From: a virus
Lineage: Duplodnaviria > Caudoviricetes
Direction: 5' to 3' (one strand)
Virus record (IMG/VR): IMGVR_UViG_3300033067_001437
Location: 1-31,001 of that record
DNA length: 31,001 nt
Shown: positions 23,227-31,001 of the stretch, one piece after another
How positions within the stretch are numbered: position 1 is the stretch's first letter
Layout of the letters: each line of letters begins with the position of its first letter
The notes under the pieces: model-generated
What the model was told of the DNA's origin: nothing
Database searches by the model: none
The model's input: the letters and a program-made list of their open reading frames with translations, nothing else
Translations under genes and position numbers: made by a program

Positions 23227-24168
23227 TTAGGCGATGGCGGCGCTGATGAGGTAGCCGGCAGTAGCGGCCGTCAGCACCGGGGCGACTTCGTCCGTGACCG
23301 GATAAATGTCGGACTTGGCATTGCGGTCTTCGTAGCCGGGCTCCACGTAGGGCGCGCCATCGAGCCGGTAGGTGTAGCCGTAGGTCGGCTCGCCCAGGTC
23401 GGCCACGCTGCCCATCTGGGTGTAGGCGACGACCACGAACTTGCCCCACACGTCGGTGATGGTGCCGGAGGCATCGGTATAGACCGCACCACCCACCAGG
23501 ACGCGATCGACACCCCAGAGTGCGGCCAGCAGATCCGTCGTCACCACGTCACGGCCGGTGTACTTGATCCGGTCGATGATGGACGGATGCTGGCGCAGCT
23601 TGCCCATCACGGAGGCGGAGAGGATCACCGTATTGCCGGCGCGGCCGATCTGGCTGCGGATGGCTTCCTTGGCGGTCTCGATGTCCTTGGAGGGCGCGCT
23701 GGTGCCGGTGTAGTCGCTCCACTGGCTGGTGCCGGAGAGCGTGGTCTTGTTGCCGGCCGCGTAGCTGCCCGCGGTGGTAGCCATGTCGGCCTGGGCCTTT
23801 TCCAGCCGCAGGGCGATGATGTTCTGGGCCTTGCGCACGGCCATGGCGGCGATGTTGATCTTGGCCACCGCATTGGCTTCCTGCTGCAGCTCCCAGGGCG
23901 CGACTGCCTCGAGGGCATGCTGTTCCAGGGCATAGCTGCCCGAGCTGTAGCCGAACTGGATGCGCTTGGTGTTGCTGCCCGGGGCACGGGCGGCGTTGTA
24001 GAGGGCGAAATCCTCCTTGGAGAAGGAGATGATCTTGCCGCCCCGCTGGGCCACCGGCACCGAGGGGAAGAGGTTCATGCCGACCATGTCGGCGTTGCGG
24101 TAGCCCTGGGCGATCTCGCTCAGGACGGGATCGACGACGCGGGCGCCGGAGAGGCTTTGCTGTTGCAT
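23227..24168 (-). CDS. Major capsid protein
   Basis: VDPVLSEIAQGYRN...LFPSVPV; 313 aa; follows protease and cement genes. Confidence 0.88.
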   Translation of the reverse strand: MQQQSLSGARVVDPVLSEIAQGYRNADMVGMNLFPSVPVAQRGGKIISFSKEDFALYNAARAPGSNTKRIQFGYSSGSYALEQHALEAVAPWELQQEANAVAKINIAAMAVRKAQNIIALRLEKAQADMATTAGSYAAGNKTTLSGTSQWSDYTGTSAPSKDIETAKEAIRSQIGRAGNTVILSASVMGKLRQHPSIIDRIKYTGRDVVTTDLLAALWGVDRVLVGGAVYTDASGTITDVWGKFVVVAYTQMGSVADLGEPTYGYTYRLDGAPYVEPGYEDRNAKSDIYPVTDEVAPVLTAATAGYLISAAIA

Positions 24169-24193
24169 GATGGTTTCCTTTCAGTGGGCCGCG

Positions 24194-24541
24194 TTAGGCG
24201 ACGTTCGGGATCAGCAGCACTTCGATCATCTGGCCCGCCGCAGTCGCGGCTTCCAGGGCCAGGGCCACCTTGGCGCCGGAGGTCACCCAGGTGATGCCGC
24301 GGCCGGACGAGTCGGCCTTGAGGGTGGCGCCGGCGGAGAACGCAGCGCCGGATTCGACGATGGCGGTACCGAGCACGTCGACGGAAACCTTGTCACCGGA
24401 AGCGCCACCGGTCCGGGCAACGCCCAGGGTGTTGGCGTCCGCGCCGGCCTGGGCGGCCGCGGGCGTGACGAAGCGGTTGGCGGTGACCGTGCCGCTCAGG
24501 GTCTGGGTCAGGGTAAGCAGTGCGATGTTCTGAGTCGTCAT
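24194..24541 (-). CDS. Capsid cement / decoration protein (DUF2190-like)
   Basis: VDVLGTAIVESGAA...ALEAATAAGQMIEVLL. Confidence 0.78.
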   Translation of the reverse strand: MTTQNIALLTLTQTLSGTVTANRFVTPAAAQAGADANTLGVARTGGASGDKVSVDVLGTAIVESGAAFSAGATLKADSSGRGITWVTSGAKVALALEAATAAGQMIEVLLIPNVA

Positions 24542-24550
24542 TTCGATCTC

Positions 24551-25837
24551 CTATCGGGGAGCAACGGCGTTGATGGCCGTCAGGAAGTCGGTGCCGGGAT
24601 GGTCGGCCTGGTACTGGCGCGCCTTGGCGGCCAGCTGGTCGCGGTCGGACAGCACGGGCGCAGGCGCCGGAGACGCCGCGAAGGGCACCGGCTTGGGGGC
24701 ATCGGCCGCCAGATCGGCGCCGGCCTGGGCCAGCTTGTTGCGCTCGGCAGCCAGCACCTGGGCGGCAGCCTCGGGGCCGGTGGTCTTGCCGTCGGCCTTG
24801 AGCTGATCGATCAGGGCCTTGTGGCCGGGCAGCATCTGCGCCTCAACGGCCTGGATGCGCTCGCGTTCCGCCAGGGCCCCTTCGGCGCGGAAGGCTTCCG
24901 CGATCTCGGGATGCTCGGCGGCAATGGTTTCCTTGGAGAGTTCCATGGTCATGCCTTTCTTGAGGGAGTGCGCACTGGCGACACCGGCACGGGCGCGGGC
25001 TTGTTCCTGGACGCGGGCAATCGCCTGGTCGAGGGTGGCAACACCGTCCACCAACCCGGCCTTGACGGCAGCCTGTCCAATGAAGAGACGTCCATCGGCC
25101 ATATCGGAGATCACCTGCTCCTCCGAGACGCCGCGAGCTTCCGCGACATCGCCAACGAACACGGAATAGATGGCATCCACCTGGGACTGCATGGCGGCAC
25201 GGCCGGATTCGCTCAACGGGCCGTATTGGCTGTTGATGCGCTTGTACTGGCCGGCGACGATCTCGGTGATTTTTAGGCCCATGGCCTCTTCGCGCTTCGA
25301 GACGTCCACATGCGTGGCCACCACGCCGATGGAGCCGACGACGGAGGTATCGGCACTGATCAGGATGTTTCCGGGGCCCGCCGCGGCGCCGATCCAGTAG
25401 GCGGCGCTGGCGCAGGTGCCATCGATCCAGGTGCAGACAGGCTTCTTGCTGGCTGCCTCCGCCACCAGCTTGGCGAGGGCCTGCGTGCCATCGACGGATC
25501 CGCCCGGGGAATCCATGGCGAGGACAATGCCGGTGACCGCAGGGTCGGCCGCGGCCGCCTTCAGGTCGCGGCCAATCAGTTCGGTCGAGGCGCCGCCGCT
25601 GATGCTGCTCATCAGGTTCATTCTCTTGGCCAGCACGCCCTCCACGGGCAGTACGGCCACACCATCCACCACCTGGTAGGACTGGTGCTCGGACTTCAGC
25701 GGCTTGCCGATGCGGGCTTCGACGCCCGCCAGGTCAATCTTCTCGCCACGCAGGTGTGTGGAGTAGATCGACTGGATCTCGATCAGCTTTTCCGGCAGGA
25801 TCGCCCACGGGGCGGTGACAACATCGAGCAGTTTCAT
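24551..25837 (-). CDS. S49 head-maturation protease with C-terminal scaffold
   Basis: DSPGGSVDG, CASAAYWIG, VGSIGV and GLVDGV motifs. Confidence 0.92.
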   Translation of the reverse strand: MKLLDVVTAPWAILPEKLIEIQSIYSTHLRGEKIDLAGVEARIGKPLKSEHQSYQVVDGVAVLPVEGVLAKRMNLMSSISGGASTELIGRDLKAAAADPAVTGIVLAMDSPGGSVDGTQALAKLVAEAASKKPVCTWIDGTCASAAYWIGAAAGPGNILISADTSVVGSIGVVATHVDVSKREEAMGLKITEIVAGQYKRINSQYGPLSESGRAAMQSQVDAIYSVFVGDVAEARGVSEEQVISDMADGRLFIGQAAVKAGLVDGVATLDQAIARVQEQARARAGVASAHSLKKGMTMELSKETIAAEHPEIAEAFRAEGALAERERIQAVEAQMLPGHKALIDQLKADGKTTGPEAAAQVLAAERNKLAQAGADLAADAPKPVPFAASPAPAPVLSDRDQLAAKARQYQADHPGTDFLTAINAVAPR

Positions 25838-25880
25838 CGGGATCTCCGAATCGGACTGCTCGCTAATTTATCGATCCGCC

Positions 25881-25908
25881 TGTCTCATTTTTAGGGGAAA
25901 TTGAGACA
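25881..25908 (-). promoter_or_regulatory. Dyad TGTCTCA-N14-TGAGACA upstream of the head operon, putative late-activator site
   Basis: Perfect 7-bp inverted repeat followed on the minus strand by a -10-like TAAATT with no -35. Confidence 0.45.
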
Positions 25909-25914
25909 CGGACC

Positions 25915-26715
25915 CTAGAGAAAGACTTCCTCTTCGCGCCGACGGAAGATGCGCTGCCGCCGGCGCCGGGCCGATGGCATGGGCCGGGCGGCGCCGGGCT
26001 GGATGGGGTGATGCGCTCGAGGATATTCCTCTTCAGGGGACGAGAACACCGGATCGAACTGCACCCAGCTGACCCTGACGTCTGACGAGACTGGTTTGAA
26101 CTGGAACCACGAAACGCGAACATCGGCAGCAAGCGGATTGAATTGCGCCCAGGAGACCCGGACATCGGCGGCGATCGGATTGAACTGGGCGAACGAGACG
26201 CGGACATCTGCGCCAGCTGATGCCGTGAGGGAAAGATTCTCCGCAGCATGCGTGTGATCAGCGGACCCAATGGATAGGTCTGAATCGGCGGACACCAGCA
26301 CTGTCTCAGCCACATGCCCGTGCCCCGCATCGGCCACCGACAACCATTGGCTGCTCGACAGGGCCAGGGCGCCTGCCGTATGCGCATGCCCCCCATGGTT
26401 AATGGATAGGAGAATGTCCGTGAACAGCAGAGGGCTGTCGGCTGCGTGCACATGCGCCGAATCAGCCGTCGCCAGGATCACAGTTGAGGTCAGCGCGACA
26501 TTGTCCGCGACCTGCCCGTGCTGGCCATCTGAAACCACAAGGATTACCGCCGACGTCAGCGTGACCAAGTCAGCGGCGTGCCCATGCGCCCCATCGGAGA
26601 TAACCAGGGCCACACTTCCAGCCGCCGCTGGAGCCGCTGACGGATCTCTCAGGGCGATATCGGCTGGCGCCGCATCTCCGGCCAGCAGGTAGATCGTCGT
26701 GGCAGTGACATCGGC
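25915..26715 (-). pseudogene. HxH-repeat virion-like protein, apparently missing its native start
   Basis: Frame stays open upstream of track start 26613 (ADVTATTIYLLAGDAAPADIALRDP) but has no ATG; 6 HxH-type repeats and 4 x 14-aa repeats. Confidence 0.5.
26047..26214 (-). repeat. Four tandem 42-bp (14-aa) repeats xxDVRVS(W/F)xQFxPx
   Basis: GADVRVSFAQFNPI / AADVRVSWAQFNPL / AADVRVSWFQFKPV / SSDVRVSWVQFDPV. Confidence 0.9.
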
Positions 26716-26807
26716 GCCGGCCGGTTGGTCGCCGCGCTCTTGATGTCCCAGCAGGCCGCCGTGATCGTGGTCACGGTGGTGTTCAATGCCAGCGAATAGA
26801 TCGCCAT
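26649..26807 (-). pseudogene. Probably truncated gene (MAIYSLALNTT...)
   Basis: Strong AAGGAG RBS; about 31 plausible codons, then runs out of frame over the next gene. Confidence 0.45.
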
Positions 26808-26817
26808 GTCGTTCTCC

Positions 26818-27747
26818 TTACGTTGACTCGAATTCCACGCGGAGATCCGCGTAGTCGGTGATTGCTGCGATCTCGCCGGCACTCAGGGACTGGTCGTATT
26901 GTGTGACCGTCACCGGCAACGTCGCGTGGGTCCAGGTGGCTACCGTCGCCGACCCGCACTTGAGCCTGACCACCAGGCCGTTCCCGCTCGGACTCCAGAC
27001 CCGGTAGCTGACGACCTGTCCGCTCGTAGTGCCAGGATTAGCCACGGAGGACAACGCCAACTGACAGGTGGTCGCGCTGTTCGCGTAGATATAGTCCGTG
27101 TCGTCCGCAGTGGCTTCATCAATGCATCCGTAGAGTGTGGCTCCTGTACTGGGGAGCCAGGAACCTGACGTGGTATCGACCACTGGTCTGGCGATGGCAC
27201 CATCGACTGGAATCTGCAGAGTGATGTTATCGGCTACGTGGGCATGACCCCCATCAGCCACGCCCATCCAGGTGTCCGTCACCAGAGATGGAGTGCCTGC
27301 CGTGTGCCCATGCAGCGCATCCGCGATCGTCAGATAGGGCGCCTCAGACAACACTACATTGTCTGCGGTGTGGGCGTGAGCTGCGTCTGCCAGCGTCAGC
27401 GTCACACTGCTCGATCCGCTCCCGACCGTGAGGGTGACGGTCGCAGGAGAACCGGTTGACGCCCCATCCACATACAACTGATAGCCGAACGAATAGGTTC
27501 CGTCCGGGGCGCCTGTGAAGGTAAAACTGGAGTCCTCATAGGCGTACAGAGTCCCCGCGCTCGGCTGCGACGTGATCAGGCCGCGAACCTCCTTCGACGC
27601 ATCTCCCGGCAGGGACAGGTCGTTGTAGAGGTAGCCTGCACCACTGTCCCCGGTGCTCGGAACCTCAGATCCCAGCACGCCCAGGCCACGATCGCCAACG
27701 ACCAATGCCCCGCTGATCAGACTAGAGGTATCGGCGCGGAGGCTCAT
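26818..27747 (-). CDS. Putative virion protein, beta-rich with 3 HxH repeats
   Basis: Ser/Thr/Gly-rich; cadherin-like GTLYAYEDSSFTFTGAPDGTYSFGYQL segment. Confidence 0.7.
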   Translation of the reverse strand: MSLRADTSSLISGALVVGDRGLGVLGSEVPSTGDSGAGYLYNDLSLPGDASKEVRGLITSQPSAGTLYAYEDSSFTFTGAPDGTYSFGYQLYVDGASTGSPATVTLTVGSGSSSVTLTLADAAHAHTADNVVLSEAPYLTIADALHGHTAGTPSLVTDTWMGVADGGHAHVADNITLQIPVDGAIARPVVDTTSGSWLPSTGATLYGCIDEATADDTDYIYANSATTCQLALSSVANPGTTSGQVVSYRVWSPSGNGLVVRLKCGSATVATWTHATLPVTVTQYDQSLSAGEIAAITDYADLRVEFEST

Positions 27748-28760
27748 GTGGCCGTGTACCTCGCCATCCCCTCGGCGCCAGATGCCAGCACCACCACGAC
27801 CCGGTACTGGGTCGCAGCGGTCAGAGCCGCGTCATAGATCCGCATAACCCCGCTCGCGTCGGTGGACTGCGCCACCTTTGCCACCACCAGTGAACCAGTG
27901 CTGATGCTGTAGACGTAGGCTGTCGCTCCCGTCTCGTTCGCCAGGAGGGTTCCTGTGTTGTTTTTCAGTGGCTCCGTGGTCAGAACCGGGACAACCTGCA
28001 ACACCACGTTGTCCGCAGCATGAGCATGTGTCGAGTCCGCCACAGTGAGGTCGGTGCTGCCGGTCACCGTGAGGGTCAGGTTGTCAGCAGCGTGGGCGTG
28101 GGTGCTCTCGGCGACGACCAGATCGGTAGCACCCGATCCGGCTGATGCCTTCAGTTCGACAATGCAATGCCGAACGACCGGTTGCGTGGCGCTGAACGAC
28201 CAAGCCATTGCGGTCGCGCCAGACTTGTAACTCGACCCCATGCGCGATACTGAGTTAGCCGTAATCGCGCCGATCAACGTCTGGGTACCATCCTGGGCCA
28301 ATGTTCCGGTGAGCACACGTTCGGCAAATGCATCCACGGCAACGCTTCCCGCAGACATCGAGATTGCCGTGCTAGTCGGGCTTGAGCCGAACGACGTTCC
28401 GTAATTCGCGGTTGTCCCGACTGGGGTCGTTTGATCGACGCCAGTCCATGACGACGCCACGACGTCCATGTAAGCGGATGCCGACGGCGTGACGACGATG
28501 TTATGCGTGCCCGATGCTGGATTCGCCAGTACCCACACGTACATATGCAGGCTACCCGTGCCCGCATTGCTCACGCGCGGCGATCCCATCGAGGTGCCGT
28601 TCCATGTAACGGTCGCCGTCGACAGGTAGTCCGTGCTGTTCGGGCATTCGACAGCGACCACCAGGGCACGATCAGTGCCGGCCCCAACAGTGTGCGAGAT
28701 CGTGAGAGATGTCGCCCCGGATGTGGATTGGTAGCTCGCTGCGTCGAATGCAATGGTCAT
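27744..28760 (-). CDS. Putative virion protein, beta-rich with 2 HxH repeats
   Basis: MTIAFDAAS...SHTVGAGTDRALVV; Ser/Thr-rich. Confidence 0.7.
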   Translation of the reverse strand: MTIAFDAASYQSTSGATSLTISHTVGAGTDRALVVAVECPNSTDYLSTATVTWNGTSMGSPRVSNAGTGSLHMYVWVLANPASGTHNIVVTPSASAYMDVVASSWTGVDQTTPVGTTANYGTSFGSSPTSTAISMSAGSVAVDAFAERVLTGTLAQDGTQTLIGAITANSVSRMGSSYKSGATAMAWSFSATQPVVRHCIVELKASAGSGATDLVVAESTHAHAADNLTLTVTGSTDLTVADSTHAHAADNVVLQVVPVLTTEPLKNNTGTLLANETGATAYVYSISTGSLVVAKVAQSTDASGVMRIYDAALTAATQYRVVVVLASGAEGMARYTAT

Positions 28761-28761
28761 G

Positions 28762-29574
28762 TTAGGTCGCTATGTGAGAGGCGCCAAAGATCGTCTCGAA
28801 TGCGTCGTAGCCAATCTGCACTTGGCCGCGCCCGTTCTGGTGAAGGTTGTCTGCCTTCATGTAGAACGGAGCCGATAAAGCCATGGTGTTCGTTGGAGAC
28901 GCTGCTGCAATCGCGGACTTCGCTGCCGCTACGTTGGCCCCGTACTGGGAAGATCCGGATGCCATCTGCACCAACACGCGCTTGGTGGCGGCGGTCTGCA
29001 ACCCGCTATCTGTCCTAGCTTGAATCAACGCCTCCAGACGAGTCTGATACCAGGACTGCGCCTGCGTGTAGTCAGACTCCCCTTGTATCCACAGCCACCC
29101 AGCGTCCTGCGCCGTGATCCCGTTGTTGGTCAGCCAGGTCGTTGCGCTGGAGTGCCGAGAGAACATCCCGGTCGCCGGCCAGACATACGGCTCAAAGTAG
29201 GTGATCGAGACTCCGGAGAAGGCTTCCTTTTCCAGGTACAGATTCCCCGAACTTGTCTCTCGCATCCACCTGACGGCCAGCCCAAATTCAGGACCGAACT
29301 GCCCAGCCGAGCATCCATTGTTGGAAGCCGGCGTCAGTTGGGCGAACGCGGAACCAGTCCAGATATAGACCCGCGAGAACGTGCCCGCGTCATAGGTCGC
29401 TAGTCCAGCATCAGACGACAACGGGGACGCGGAGATGTCGGCTCGATCTGCACGACCGATGGCATTGCTCTGCCCCCAGATCGCGATCCGCTTATTGCCG
29501 CCGAGCACGAATCGGCCCGCAGTGATCTGCTGGCCCGATGCTGCGGCGTAGCTATCCGAGACTGGCGATGCCAT
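28762..29574 (-). CDS. SGNH / sialate O-acetylesterase-like (SASA) protein
   Basis: GQSNA, GPE, WIQGESD and DNLH catalytic blocks. Confidence 0.85.
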   Translation of the reverse strand: MASPVSDSYAAASGQQITAGRFVLGGNKRIAIWGQSNAIGRADRADISASPLSSDAGLATYDAGTFSRVYIWTGSAFAQLTPASNNGCSAGQFGPEFGLAVRWMRETSSGNLYLEKEAFSGVSITYFEPYVWPATGMFSRHSSATTWLTNNGITAQDAGWLWIQGESDYTQAQSWYQTRLEALIQARTDSGLQTAATKRVLVQMASGSSQYGANVAAAKSAIAAASPTNTMALSAPFYMKADNLHQNGRGQVQIGYDAFETIFGASHIAT

Positions 29575-29580
29575 GGGGCA

Positions 29581-29961
29581 TTAGGCCGGATCGGCAATCT
29601 CGATATCCCAGGCCGGGAGATTGACCGTGTTGCTGCCGTTCGCAGTCAATGCCTGGCTGGTGCAGGTGGTGACGTAAAGCAGTTTGCTGTTGGTCACATC
29701 CAGCAGGCAGACGTGAGTCGCCGTACCGCTCGTGTCGATCAGAACACCCGATTTCGCTGCGACGGTTGTTTTGCGGCCAGACACGTCGCCATTGGCGTTG
29801 GTGAAGTCCGTCGCGGCCATCGTCACATCCGCTAGCGCGTAGGTCGCGTTGCCCTCGGTGTAGGTCGTCGGCTGCGCGGAGCAAACCACCTGGCGGGTGC
29901 AGTTGTTTTTGATGATGTTCAGTGCACCATCGAGTACGTCGTCATGTACGGCCTTAGCCAT
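29581..29961 (-). CDS. Conserved small virion structural protein
   Basis: AGGAG RBS; heads the beta-rich gene block; CSAQPTTY...GTATHV. Confidence 0.65.
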   Translation of the reverse strand: MAKAVHDDVLDGALNIIKNNCTRQVVCSAQPTTYTEGNATYALADVTMAATDFTNANGDVSGRKTTVAAKSGVLIDTSGTATHVCLLDVTNSKLLYVTTCTSQALTANGSNTVNLPAWDIEIADPA

Positions 29962-29962
29962 T

Positions 29963-30445
29963 TTAGTCTCCTACTTTGAGGTTGTTGCGGAGCGCCCACT
30001 CTCGGGTGAGCTTGCGGGCGAGGGCGTCTTCTCCGCAGGCTGAGATGAATTCGGAGGAACAAGCCAACTGTTCCGGCTCTCCTCCACCATGAACTTCGGC
30101 ACCTTGGGCATCTCCGGGCACGTCGCTCCCTGGATGCACTGCTGGCAACAGCCTGTCAGCAGGGCCAGGACACAGACGAGCAGCGCTGCCAAAGCGACGG
30201 ATGTATTCAGCCACTGCGGCCGTTCGAACCCCCGGGAGCGCGGAATTCCACGAATTACTGACATCTTTGACGATCTCCTCTTGACGCTTGATTACCTCTG
30301 CTGCGCGAGCTTCGGCGGCTTTCTGGATAGCCTGAACCTCGCCCCTATACCTGGAATGAGCGCGCACCTCGGACTGCCAGGCCCAGACCAGCAGGGCGCA
30401 GGCAACGATCAGGGCGGCGATGATGTACTCGCGGATGCCGATCAC
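29963..30445 (-). CDS. i-spanin (Rz-like)
   Basis: N-terminal TM (YIIAALIVACALLVWAW) then coiled coil; GTG overlaps the HNH stop. Confidence 0.7.
   Translation of the reverse strand: MIGIREYIIAALIVACALLVWAWQSEVRAHSRYRGEVQAIQKAAEARAAEVIKRQEEIVKDVSNSWNSALPGVRTAAVAEYIRRFGSAARLCPGPADRLLPAVHPGSDVPGDAQGAEVHGGGEPEQLACSSEFISACGEDALARKLTREWALRNNLKVGD
29971..30264 (-). CDS. o-spanin (Rz1-like) lipoprotein embedded in i-spanin
   Basis: Alternate frame; hydrophobic signal with lipobox LLTG-C and Pro-rich mature part; start uncertain. Confidence 0.6.
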   Translation of the reverse strand: MSVIRGIPRSRGFERPQWLNTSVALAALLVCVLALLTGCCQQCIQGATCPEMPKVPKFMVEESRNSWLVPPNSSQPAEKTPSPASSPESGRSATTSK

Positions 30446-30834
30446 GTCACGGCTCCTTCTTCTCGGCAAACTCCCCGATCACCGCGAATCTTGTACTTCG
30501 CTGCCCTGTAAGCCGCTTGACAAGCGCGATGCCAAACAACCTTCTTTCCAATGTAAAGGTCACGTGGGTCGCTGTACTTCTTGCAAAATTGGCACTTTCT
30601 GTAGTTCGCATTTCCGCAATTCATCAACGCATCGTCCCGCTGGTGGATGAGTCGATGATAGGAGTTGGTACAGATCAACAGATTTGCGCGACGGTTGTCC
30701 TTCTTGTCTCCATTTATGTGATGAACATGCTCTTGTGGGCCAAGTTTTCTACCTAGAGCAGACTCGTCAATGGTTCGATGTAGATACACAACACCGCCCA
30801 ACCCCTTGTCCTTGCGCTTGTACTTATTGTTCAT
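30442..30834 (-). CDS. HNH endonuclease
   Basis: YLHR...VHHINGDKKDNRRANL...YHRLIH; AT-richer than flanks. Confidence 0.88.
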   Translation of the reverse strand: MNNKYKRKDKGLGGVVYLHRTIDESALGRKLGPQEHVHHINGDKKDNRRANLLICTNSYHRLIHQRDDALMNCGNANYRKCQFCKKYSDPRDLYIGKKVVWHRACQAAYRAAKYKIRGDRGVCREEGAVT

Positions 30835-31001
30835 TTCGCTTCTCCGCGTATTTGTTCGCCACAGCGGTTAAGCTCCAACTGGCCATGTACAGGCCGAATG
30901 CCGACTCAGAATACTTTTCGTGCAAGGTGACATAGACCAAGAGCCACGACGAAAGGCACAAGGCAACCCATTGCCCAACCCTGGACATAGAGGCTTTGCC
31001 A
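30824..31001 (-). CDS. Putative holin, 5' partial, not in ORF track
   Basis: ...GKASMSRVGQWVALCLSSWLLVYVTLHEKYSESAFGLYMASWSLTAVANKYAEKRNEQ*: two TM segments and a charged tail, upstream of spanins. Confidence 0.55.
   Translation of the reverse strand, partial: GKASMSRVGQWVALCLSSWLLVYVTLHEKYSESAFGLYMASWSLTAVANKYAEKRNEQ

Noticed and set aside
13431-25276. Long plus-strand ORFs (e.g. 13431-14162, 16238-17305, 19037-20212, 21226-22791, 23209-24294, 24167-25276)
   Set aside because: They are antisense shadows of well-supported minus-strand structural genes in GC-rich DNA
12374-31001. A third, remote VR in tail or fibre genes
   Set aside because: I found no copy of the TR 3' constant segment by eye on either strand; a BLASTN of TR against the full genome would settle it

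Overview
GC-rich, phage-derived window from a lambdoid-like siphovirus or prophage; a betaproteobacterial host is my inference only. From 1 to 1.9 kb, cro-like, cII-like and TraR-like genes lie on the minus strand, with a ClpP-like gene inserted on the plus strand. Two back-to-back promoters follow with no cI gene between them. From 2.1 to 12.2 kb a long plus-strand early operon holds two diversification systems. The first is a complete diversity-generating retroelement (DGR) with two tandem small DUF1566/CLec-like targets, avd, TR and RT; its 11 and 10 VR/TR mismatches all fall at TR adenines. The second, after a C5 DNA methyltransferase, is an integron-like array with three attC sites, a probable attI and an integron-integrase gene. 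The att sites face the minus strand while every cassette ORF faces plus, so the cassettes are inverted relative to normal integrons and co-directional with the phage operon. The intI gene is cut off at about 12230 by the 3' half of a tRNA-Val-like att core followed by arm-type repeats, and no phage integrase is present. From 12.4 to 31 kb (minus strand) lie the tail, tape measure, G/GT frameshift chaperones, capsid and S49 protease genes. These are followed by a block of HxH-repeat proteins with an SGNH esterase, then spanins, an HNH endonuclease and a partial holin. All product calls come from reading motifs by eye; no database searches were run.
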